Shown here piece by piece: positions 38,185 to 49,443 of a stretch of DNA of 64,000 nt. Within the stretch, counting starts at the first letter, position 1. Each line of letters opens with the position of its first letter. Source of the DNA: Carcharhinus amblyrhynchos. Its lineage: Eukaryota. The DNA lies in assembly GCA_965287045.1 (NCBI GenBank), contig OZ336886.1, forward strand, positions 29,760,001-29,824,000, in the 5' to 3' direction. A program made the translations under genes and the position numbers. The notes beneath the pieces are model-generated. The model was not told where the DNA came from. It made no database searches and saw nothing but the letters and a program-made list of their open reading frames with translations.

Positions 38185-39555
38185 TAAAATGTAGTGTATC
38201 TGGATATCCAAGAGATCTGATATGGTGTCACACAAAAGACTAATACACAAAATAAGATCCCATACGAGTGGGGAGGTAATATGTCAGTTTGGAAAAAGGA
38301 TGGGTTAATCAACAAAAAGCAGAGGGGTCTTTGTCTGGTTGGCAAGCTGTAATTAGTGGTGTGCCATATGGTTTGGTCCTCAGGCCCCAGCTATTTACAA
38401 TCTATATTGATGATTTGGATGCAGGGATAGAAGGTACTGTAGTCAATCACTGTCACCACCAAAATAGATGGAAAAGCGAGTTGCAATAAGAAATTAACAA
38501 ATGGATATAAGAACATAAGAAATAGGAGCAGGAGTAGGCCATCTAGCCCTTCGAGCCTGCCCCGCCATTCAATAAGATCATGGCTGATCTGTCGTGGCTC
38601 AGTTCCACATTCCCGCCCTCTCCCCATAACCCTTAATCCCCTCTCTTATCAAAAACCCATCAACCCGCGAATTAAAAATATTTAGCGAGGTAGCTGCCAC
38701 CACTTCAACGGGCAGAGAATTCCAGAGATTCACCACCCTTTGAGTGAAAGGTGAGTAGGTCAAAACTTGGCAGCTGGAATTTAATATGGATAAGTGTGAG
38801 GTTATTCATTTTGGCCAGAGGAACAAAAAGGCAGCATACTACCTAAATGGAGAGAAGCTTCAAAATGCTTCAATGCAGACAGATTTGGGAGTCCTCATGA
38901 ACAAATCATAGAAAGTTAACGTGCAGTAGGTAATCAGGAAGGCAAATGGAGTTTTGACATTCATTGCTAAGGGAACAGAGTATAAAAGTAGGGAGATGCT
39001 TTTGCAACTGCAAAGGGCATTGGTGATACATCTGCACACAGCTTTGGTGTCCTTGCTTGAGGAATAATGTAAATGCATTCAAGACAGTTCAGCGAATATT
39101 CACTAGATTGACTCCAGGGATAAAAGGACCTGTCCTACAAAGAGATATTGAGATGTAGGTCTATACTCACTGGCGCTTAGAAGAATGAGGGGAGATATAA
39201 TTAAAATATACAAGACGCTAAAGGGGACTGACAGGGTAGATGCAGAGCAGACGTTTCCCCTTGTTGGGCATTCTCGAATGAGAGGCCACAAGGCTAAGGG
39301 TTGGCAGGTTTAAAACAGAAAAAAAGGAGGAATTACTTCACTCAAAGGGTCATGAATCTGTAGAATTCTCTATTCAAATGCAGTGGATGCAAACACACTA
39401 AACAAATTTGAGGACAGAAGAGAGGTATTTAATTAGTAAAAGGATAAAGAGTTTTAGGGAACAGACAGAAAGGTGATGCGATCAGCCACAGTCATATTGA
39501 AAGGCAAAGCAAGCAAGGGGTTCTGAATTGCTTACTTCTGTTCCAGTTCTTATGT
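38185..39555 (+). mobile_element. Degenerate CR1 with a younger minus-strand CR1 3' end nested at ~38506-38745
   Basis: SGVPYG.VLRPQLFTIYIDDL motif. The insert starts ataagaacataagaaataggagcaggagtaggcc. Confidence 0.8.
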
Positions 39556-40549
39556 ATCTGATAAAATCAGATTTTGTGACCCAAACAAACCAAACGAGCA
39601 AAGCTGAAATTTGTCCTAGCAAGTGGTAAATCATGCCACAAGATTATTTCAGACAGAGAAGCAGTTTTCCAAGTATCCATCCCTCGGTAATTGGGTAAAC
39701 AGGAACAAATGATTGACATGGGATTTCCAAAAGCTTTTAGAAATAAGGTACATAAAAAGGTGCTAGGAAGGGAGTCTACAGTCTTCTGCAGAGGAGGAGA
39801 CCAAAGAGGGGGTAGAATGCTTTGGTTTGCTCAGAAGACAACAAAGAGATGCCACCACCAGCCAGGGGTCAAGATCCCTTTACTTTCCCCTATTCATTCA
39901 TCAGATCAGAGACTACCAACAAATTCAGGCCATTTGTCTTTTCTACCTATATGTATCATAGCTAAACTGTTGTTAATTAATAAACTGCTTTAAATTCACC
40001 AATGACTTCAGCTCCTTATTTGGGTAATGTGTCACCGGGATCAAGTATTGCACTCCTCTCCACTGACAGCCACCTCTTCAGCTCCTTCTCCACTTTTAAA
40101 ATCCACTTGTTTTACTAATTTTGATCACCTCTTTAACTTGACGTCCATGTTCAGCCCCTACATCTTTGTCAACTAAATTATGAAACGTTTCAGCAGTATA
40201 CTAATGCAAGTTCTTGGCTCTATTTGCTTTGTTATCTGGGCCCACCTGGCTTCAGGTCAAATAGGACAGGGATGTTAGGCTAACGTATGGTGTTCAAGTC
40301 TGTTTGGGAAACAAGCAGAGATGCTGTCTGCCCGTAAACAAAATGGTGCCAGTGGAAAACGAGAAATATTAATGCACTAAGTTGTACGCTTCCCCTTTAT
40401 TAGATTTGTAGAATTGCCAGGCTCTAAATGGTCGTATTAACCATATGATGGGTAATAAAAGTTGCTGATTGATAAAGCAACTTTAAACAGTACAATGTGA
40501 AACTATTGAAGGGATTGCTCCTTGAAGAAAAGTATCACGGTTTGGAGTC

Positions 40550-41330
40550 GGAATTGGAGCCAGCGCCTGACAATTAAAATGGCCGCCGTGTCAAACTGAT
40601 TTGTATGTTGGCGCTGAATTTCGAACCGAATCCCAAACTCCACTGCACATCCTCCATTTATTTGACGGAAGTATTAACATGGGACGTGAAATCGCCGCAA
40701 AAAACACCCCCCAATCCCACTCCACCGCAGGCTCGCCCCGTAAAGCCGGGGAGCCCCGGGGCGGACTCGCACTAAAAACTCAACCACATGCGCCGGCTCA
40801 GGCCTGCGGCCTACCCGCAGAAAGCAGCGGCGGCAGGGGGCTCGCCAGACCGCCTCAACTGCATCGTCCCAGGCCTCCAAGCTCAGGCACAGCGGGCTGC
40901 TTGAGAGACACACAATGACCGAGGGTAAGGTGCCGGCGATGGAGCCGCACTAAGTGCGCAGAGCCCTCCCTCCATTACCTACCTCCTCTGCTGTTTGCTC
41001 TCTGTTTTGAACTAATAACTGAATTCACGCCGATTCCGCTCCGATTGTTCCAGAAGCTGCTCCGCTCGCGCCAGCGCCCTTCACAATCCTTAATTCTGAT
41101 TGGTCAGTTTGAACCCGGGGCCGCTCGAGCGCCCGTTGGGGTTGCGGATGTGACGTCACCGCTTTCCCATCTCGGGCCGGCTGGGACAGCTCACGTGACC
41201 CCCCACCGGTTCCATTCCCTCCGAGCTTCAGACAGCCCAACTTCAACTTGAAGGCGCGCAACCCGCATCTAAAACTGCAAATCGGGGAGAATGATTGCAA
41301 AATAACACGAGTCCTGCGAACTTGGAGACG
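40550..41330 (-). promoter_or_regulatory. BUB3 CpG-island promoter
   Basis: CCAAT box GACCAATCAG ~41096-41105, TTTGAA at 41108-41113 and 41006-41011, TGACGTCA 41151-41158, TCACGTGA 41191-41198, YY1-like AAAATGGCCGCC 40576-40587. Confidence 0.75.
40983..41070 (-). other. BUB3: Putative non-coding first exon of BUB3 (start approximate)
   Basis: GAG|GTAGGT donor at 40982 (alternative GTAATG at 40978) inside a CpG island. The ATG exon begins at an acceptor, so an upstream exon is required. Confidence 0.6.
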
Positions 41331-44300
41331 AATTAACAATTTATAGTGCAGGGTTTGCCCGGTAGGGCAAGAAAGCAACTTTGTCAACTCTGCAACTTTG
41401 AATGGCTACATAGTTCAAATGTTTTGAAAGCATAACATTTGCAGTCGTATAATAGCATAAATGTTAAAATATCGTGAACCGCTACTTGAAAGCGAGCCAC
41501 GATGGTTTTGATTTTCATCCCACGGAGGCAGTAACTCTTATCGTTTTAATGAAAGTGCAATGCAGTCAACAAAAACCTGTATGCATGGAGGCTATACTGA
41601 GGGTATCAGTACTGTTAAAGTAATTAAAATATAACGCGTATGCATAATGGATGAATGTTACCTTAGTGGGTTGTTATCTGGTGCTATCCGGACATTCAAT
41701 ACCGTGCATATTATTCAAACTGTTACGAATACTATTGACGCTATTCATAAATAGACATATACGTTTGTACTGCTGCTGATAACATTTTAGTTTACTTTTT
41801 TTGTAATTTAGTTTGTGACTTATTTTATTGAATAAACCAACTTACCTGCAGGACCTTGTTATTTTTGTTTAAAAATGTGTTTTTCTCCAAAATGTTCCAA
41901 GGAATAAATGCTACTGAAGACTTTCAAATTGTTCTCAGTTCGAAATGATCCTTTTCTTGTTCCAACATACCCATTCCGTAATTTCGCAGTATTATCTACA
42001 ACTCCCACTTTTCAGGGTGGTATCGGTTCTGTTTGACCATACTTGTTTAAATGCGAAAAAAGTGTTATATAAAGATATCTTAATAAATTGTGTCAAAGTA
42101 GCTCTTGATTTTATTGCGGGCCCCAATTGCAATTCGCATAAATGCAAGTCGAAAGTACGTTATATTTGACTAACGTTATATAACAGAAAATGATGTCATA
42201 AACTATCTTCTGTTGCGTATTACACTGAGTAGATGTTACTGTTTTTAGACATAATGTATTTAATAAAAATAATAGCTTTCATGTATTACCGCTTTTAACT
42301 GATTTTTCTTGACAGAGCAGGTGCATGCATTATTACCCAATATTTTCAGAGACCGTAAGTAAAGTTCGAATTACTCTCTAAAATTCGACCAAGAAGTTCA
42401 AATGCAAATCAAAGCAAATTCGGCTTTATTGTCTTGAATTGCACCGTTGTGCAACATGTGGGTGCATATTTATAGTAGCAACATTAAAAATCCATATTGT
42501 CCTTTCAAATATCAGGTGCCTTTCTGTTGTTACATTAATTAATGTTTAGTGGAGTAGAAATACAACATAGATACGTTATTTCATAATAGATGTCAGAATT
42601 TGTGAAGAAAATATATTACTCCCCCAAATTTTGATAAAAGATTTGGCGATGCAAATGTTTATGTCAGAGCAAACAACTGCCCTGCACTTAATTCTTCTAA
42701 ATTGTTGATTAAACGATGTTACATTTAATTTAGGCAGTAACTTATCGCAGTCTGGTAATGCTGAAAGATGACACATTTTTCTACGTTCAACTGAACGGCG
42801 TGCGGAAAATGTGGAGTTTCAAACTGGACATAAGGGTGAAGATTCAACAATTGTGTATGTTGGTCATCAGTTAATTTCAATAACTGAAGGTATTGATCGT
42901 TCATCTTGTAAACGTTCAAGTAAAATGTCAGTGCTAACTCGGGGGAAATGGCAATGGTGCATCGCCGCAATAAGACATACATAAACAATGCCTATGCTAC
43001 ACTTCCAGCTTCTCCTATTTTTGGCTATTTGTTTACATTAAAAATTCTTAGTGCGCCTAAACTGTTATAACATACCCTTGAAGTTGAATTTTAAGAGACG
43101 TCCTACGCTGCTTCGTCTCTGAGAGGTGTAATTTTCGACCACTTGCTTCAGTCTGCATAGTTCAAAAATGCAGACATTGTCCTTTTTTCGTATTTAAGAT
43201 CGTCGTTCTATTGTAGTGAAAAATGACGTGCCTTTTAAAAATTTTGCAAATAAGTTGAATAGCGCGAAAAGGTGGCTTTACAGGTTATTTAAATTTAAAA
43301 AACTATCTACCAAGATTTTAAGTACTCTGAATTAATCTTTCCTTTGCCCAAATGCATTACCCTGAAAATGCCAACCTGAATGTGTTCCTCATGTCAAAGG
43401 CACCAAATTTAAGAATAAGTAAAATATTTGAAGTATCCATTATTGTACCTTGCAATTGCATCATTGCCTTTTCGACAAGGTTTGTGTATTTTTTGCAACA
43501 ATTTGTAAGATTCGGGGGTACTACTTGTGAGAATTGCGAACTCTAATCTTTTGCACAGGAAGTTTCTGGTTTACCTAGTAGCAAAACATTCAAATTTCTT
43601 TGAAAGTATAACGTTCGGGCAACATTACACAACAACGTGCTACTGATATTGTTTTTCCTGTTTCCGATTTTCAATTTATTAATTAAGCATATGAACAAAG
43701 TTTTCTAAATTATGTTTGACATATAATCCACATCCGTCTGCATTTCCTGTTGCAAATGCCATTATGTCAGCGTTGCTTTCGATGGCGTGAGTGAAAAATC
43801 AACGTAAAGAAGAATCATGTGCAGAATAACCATGTGTATTCCTTGTACGTCGTTATTGACTATTAATTTCCCTTGTCAAAAAATGCGTTTATGTCAAAAA
43901 TAAATTCCTATCACCATAGTTGAGCAACGTCCTCAGATGAGATATACACATATGGTTTGCTGTTAGCCATTAAGAATTATTCTTAAAATCAGTACAGTAC
44001 TTCATTTTCTGCACGTGTCTTTTATACATTCTGAAAAAATCTATTTTGACGTGAATATTTTTAGTATAATGCACCCATCTTCAATTGTAGGAGTTAAATA
44101 AGTCTTATTATCAAATAAGAAACTGCAAAATAATCCATATATACACTGTATATTTAATACAATTTATAGAGAAGCACGTTGTCTTTATAATTATGCAAGT
44201 GGTTGCATATAAGAAAGATATATTTTAAACAGGTACGGATATTATATAAATATACAATTTAATTGTTAAACAATTATAAAGAGACGTGGAGCAGAAAATG

Positions 44301-44842
44301 TCAGTATTCGATTTTGTTGTAGAGATTGTAGAAGGGAAGAGCTGTAAGGTTGTTGCCTGGGTAGTACAAAGGAGCAGGGAACGCAATTGATCTGGGGACT
44401 GGAACCCTCAAAAGGGAATTGTCTCTGAAAACTAGAGGCATTCCTACTAGAGTCTGCGCTGACGCGTGAGCCATGTTGGCCGCCTCGAGTTCCGCTGAGA
44501 GCTGTCGCTTCCACTTGTTCCTGCGGTTCTGGAACCAGGTTTTGACCTGGGTCTCTGTGAGCTGGAGGCTGGTGGCGAGGCATGCTCTCTCCGAGCTACT
44601 CAGGTAACGTTTCATGTCGAAGGTGGATTCCAGCTGGTAGACCTGGCTGCGAGAGAAAACAGTGCGAGTTTTCTTCTTGGTCGGGTTCCCTTGTCTGTCT
44701 CCCTCCCTCTGTCTGTCTGTTGATGTCTGCATGCAGTTCTTTTCTTTTTCTTCCTTGTAAACCTGACCGTCTTGCGACAGGTACTGCTGCTGCCTTCTCT
44801 CCGCACTTTCCTGCCCAGCGGTGCCAACTCCTTTAGAATTAC
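44301..44842 (-). CDS. HMX2: HMX2 (NKX5-2) exon 2, homeodomain
   Basis: [59 protein letters not shown] and C-terminal LYNKIEY. Phase-1 acceptor TTTCTAG. Confidence 0.95.
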
Positions 44843-45914
44843 CTAGAAAGCAGAAAAATAAGGCATTTCTCAGATATATTACAGCCAATCTGCACTCCTC
44901 GACTTTTCACTATCCTGCCTCTTTATAGATATTTTGTAAAATTATATGACAAGAATAAGGGATCGACACACATAGTTACAATTATTTTGTTGTTTTAATC
45001 CGGTCTGCAATGTATGACATGCATCATTGCATAAAAACTTGATATGAAAAACTGCCTTCAAATACAAAGAAAACTATATTACAAAGGTGTCAACGGCAGC
45101 AAGGGGAGTGAACATTTTTAAGATTAGGTGATAAGAAAACATATTTTCCACCTCTATAACTATCTATATATGTACGTCGAATTAGCGGACAACCTCACCT
45201 GTATTTTCTGCCAAGAATTTTGCTAAATGCCGCCGCTTGCCTATGTTTGTCGGGCTTCCTTCAAGATGAACAGGACGAAATATGGCTTGATTTGTATCAT
45301 AATTCGCAGTATTAAATGTGATTAAAGTAAGTAGCCATGTAAATGGATTACAATCCTGAAGCAATCTGGTGTGAATGATGGCAGTACAGCACGGCTATCG
45401 CAGTCTCTTACCTGGTGTTACAGTAATAACATAACTGTCCCTTCAATTCTATTCACTAAATGGCTGTGTTGTTTTTTGAAATGCAAAGTTGCTGGTGTCG
45501 AAGGAAAATCGTGCGAGTGCTTCCCGTCCGCGGTAAAATATGGAATTCCTTTATGTTTGCACAAAGTAGCTTCCCCGACCAAATTCACCCAAAGTATTAG
45601 AGTCCACAGATGCTATCTGATTGCAGAGAGTTCCTAATAGTTTCGGTTGAAATGTAAGAGGCATTGTTGACTTAAATGGGTTTACAATGTTGGTATTAGC
45701 TTGGGCGTCAGTGAGAAGGGAGTAAGATACAAGAATATACGATAGGACGGAACAATATGTCTAAAAAGAGCTATAAATAAAGACTGTTTCATTTAAAGTT
45801 AGACATTATTAAGGGCAAGCGCACTGTTTTCTCAAAATCATTCTCCAAACTATACACAAAAGAGAGTTGAGGATAACGCTGCTCGATAAATAGAAATGAT
45901 TTCGCTTTACTTAC

Positions 45915-46179
45915 TCACACAAGTGTAGCTGATAGGCTGGTGTCTGCGACAGGGCTCTGCGGGGCCAGAGTCAGAACAGAAGCAGGCTAGGTCTTTGTAT
46001 CCTTCCTCGGTTAACTCTTCGTCCGAGGAGTCGGATAAACAGCGCTTCCTGGCATTTACTTTGGCATTGTCTTTGCAACCTGTGCGTTCTTCCTCCGACG
46101 AGGTCCCGAGAATGGACTGTATCGTAAAGCTGGAGATCGGAGCTGGAGAACACTTAGTGATGTCGTCTTTGTTACTCAT
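45915..46179 (-). CDS. HMX2: HMX2 exon 1 (MSNKDD...SSFTIQSILG eh1 motif)
   Basis: The A|GTAAGT phase-1 donor joins exon 2 in frame, giving 268 aa in total. Confidence 0.9.
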
Positions 46180-46299
46180 TCTGTGTTCATAAAAAAAGAA
46201 AATAAACTTACTTACAATCGTTTGCAGAAGTGTCAGACGGCGTATATTGTTGTGGCTTTGTTCTGCAGTCGTTTTCCCTGAGCATGCACGGGCTGAATG

Positions 46300-46400
46300 C
46301 ATTCTCTGCGCCCCGTAAACCTGTATTGATCTGCTGCCTAGTCAGTGGCGTTGGCTGATTTGCATGTAGGTTTGAGTTGCTGCAGCCAATCAAAAACAGC
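46300..46400 (-). promoter_or_regulatory. HMX2 proximal promoter candidate
   Basis: Octamer ATTTGCAT at 46358-46365 and CCAAT at 46386-46390. Confidence 0.4.
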
Positions 46401-49396
46401 AGTCAGTCCCGGAAATTTTGAACTTTACACAAGCTGAGGGAAGATGAGGTTAACCCAAGAATGTGATTGATTGTTGATGTTTGTAATGTTAAAATATATT
46501 CTCGCTTTGGAGGAAGATGATGCACTATTGTGTGACAATAGATGCAGCCCCAATACACGCACGTGGTGATTCTGATTTGTTTACTGGTTTTAAGTTTTAA
46601 TGAACGATAGGCTGTGGTGCAGGTCACTTGACAGTATAACCGTCCAACTCGATATTAGGCTCCGAGAAGGCTGGTCATTGCTCACCGAAGATCAGGAATG
46701 GGACTGCTCCCAGTTACATGCCTATAAAATAGATTAAATTGCTAACGGCCTTCTACCTGTGTCCTGTTGGGATGTTGCTTTTTTTTCGAAAGAGCATGTG
46801 AATGGGAGTGGGAATGGGCTAGGTGGGGATGGGTGGAAAGTCATGAATCTGAATATTCACTAAAATGTTATCAGAATGTGAAAATGAAGAATACTATTTG
46901 GGAATTAAATAGCAAAATTCATTTTGTTTGCCTTATTGAGAGATCGTGCACATGGGAAATAATTCTTCAGCCCATTATGACTAATTCGACCCGATTTGGT
47001 GCTAGCTTTCCCCCGTTTTATAATGTTGTTGTAAGGATTGGTGGTGTGAGCAGTCACTAGGCTGTAACTAGCAAAATGTTGGGTTCTGTTTCAATACTGG
47101 AATTCATTCATGAAACATTTTTTTTCAAAATGCAAATAGAAATGCAGTTGAGTTTTATTGTTTAGTTTGGAGATTAGGAGGCGGGTAATCATGATCACAC
47201 CAGGAGCCTTATAACACAGTAATGGGAACTGGAAGCGAATAACGAAAGACATTGGAAATTTTGAATGAGTTTGGCTTGGTGTCTGAGTTCCCTAACGCAC
47301 AATGGCTGCATATCAAGATCCTCACTGGGAGTTTAGATTAAGTCTGTTCACTATTCTGTGGAAGGTTAAAGCGGTTATGTTCGGATTGCGAACAGGCATA
47401 GCCTAATAACAAACGCTGAATAAATTCGGATAATGATGGTTTCTGGTTGAAGCGACATTTGGTTGCTAACGACGTCCATAAAAAATAAATAGCTGATGCT
47501 AGTTTTCTTAACCGATGGCTAAATACGTTCGGTTACTTAACTGCAATCAAATTTAGTTTCCAAGTTAAAAAGAAAGCTGGGGTGCTAATATTGATTGGAA
47601 ACTGATCACGCTGAGTGAGTCTGGTGTATGTTGGATTAGTTGAACTTTACCAAAATGTGACTGTTGACGGGGTAAAGAATAAGACTTGATTACCAGTCTA
47701 TACTATGATGAGGACTGGTCACAAGAAACCGTTGATATTGGAGGCTGGAATTTAAGCAACTGAAGGGATGCTTCTCTTTATTTTGTTTGGCACCACAGTT
47801 GTGTTAGCACCCGACTGAATTTATGGGCAGTTGGTTTTGTACTTATAAGCTGACTAAAATCGAAGGTTAAGTGCGGTTAGAGGGTCATGTACCAGTTACA
47901 GCAATTACATTGGATGCACATTTCTTGGCGTCAGGCATCATGGCGACGCTGGAAAAGATGCAATATGAGATCGCAACAGACATTCAACAGATTATTGATA
48001 TGACAGGAGGAAAAATAAGATAAACAACTTAGTAATCGGAATTTTAAACTCGTCATTAGTATTCAATTGGACTATGATTACTAATAGTCAGATACAGTTA
48101 CTTGACATTCCTATTGGAATGGACGATATTGAATAATTGATGCTAAATGAACCCTCTTTTATGTTTGAATCGATTATTAATTCGCTGCGGACTTTAGAGC
48201 GTTTTGGCCACTTCATTGTTCTATTCTTGAGATCAGGGATAGAAACAAACTGATCGGAATTTTTCCGGAACTTGCGTTTCATAAAAGCATTTGAAGATAT
48301 GTCTGGTTGTAGCAATAACATTCTAGACGTAGAACCAAATGAATGGAAGATGCAGCTGTATATTTCGGTAGTTGCATCCAATGTGCGTATTTAACAATTT
48401 GCCAAGGAATACGGAGTGGAAAGAAGTATTCAAAACAAAGCGTCTCAAACATAGAAATGCAGTTCTGTTAATTATCCACATACTGTAACAGTCCCAAACA
48501 CAATGTATCTTTATTCTCGCCGCTTCCCCAATGTTGCTGATACAATTGCAATGGATCTGATAGAACAGCCAAGTGGCGCAACATGGGTAGTTGTCAGGAC
48601 ATTGCAAGCCTCGACAATTTATTTACTATCAGCAACAGATATGCAAGTGTGAGAAACACACCATGTATTTAGTGCTTATTGGACAGTTCGTTGATTAGTG
48701 AATGAATAAATTAATCAATGACAAAATTTCCAACACCGCAGCTAGATTAGTTGAGGGAGATGTACCATTAAGAAATGGGTTAATTTATAGCTGTCTAATT
48801 GAATCCTAGGTTTAATTAAGGAACTGGCTGGTTAGCCGGTTCATGGAATAAAATGCAACTATTCCATAATCTGAGTATTTCTTGATGTACAGATATGTGA
48901 ACCATTAAAATAACGCATTAACCGTGTTGACCAGGCAGAGTTTGTAGGATGACATGATGTTGATAAATGATGATGATGGGCGGTTAATAAACACAAAGCT
49001 GGAAATATGCTGATTAGATTTAAATCGCTTTCTAGGTACATTAACTCCTCAAAGTATCACATTACTGATTTGAATGACAGTTCTTCCTTCCCTATAAAGT
49101 TGGTAGATTGTCGAAAGATTAGCATGATCTCTTCTATTGATTATCTCATTATATAGTGGAACCTTGTGAGCATAAGATTAATTGGAGCTAACTTTTGAGA
49201 GGGTCATAATTGCCAAATACTTAAAATTACACGGGCTTAATTTAATAATAAGCAGAACTTTGCCACTAATGCGTTCACCATATTTACATTCACTTCCTTT
49301 ATATATTACAGACCTCTGCGACCCCCTTAGTTGATTATCCTGTATCTTAATAGTTGCAAAAAAGCAATTCGATTAACAAGTACAGTTCCATTGACA

Positions 49397-49398
<2 letters not shown>

Positions 49399-49432
<34 letters not shown>

Positions 49433-49443
49433 GAGAGAGAGAG
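49399..49443. repeat. (TG)15 plus short (AG)n microsatellite
   Basis: Read directly from the sequence. Confidence 0.95.

Noticed and set aside
40601-41387. ORFs of 68-120 aa in the CpG island
   Set aside because: Expected by chance in GC-rich, stop-poor promoter DNA.
46181-46215. GT-AG micro-intron in the HMX2 leader
   Set aside because: About 35 nt, too short for vertebrate splicing.
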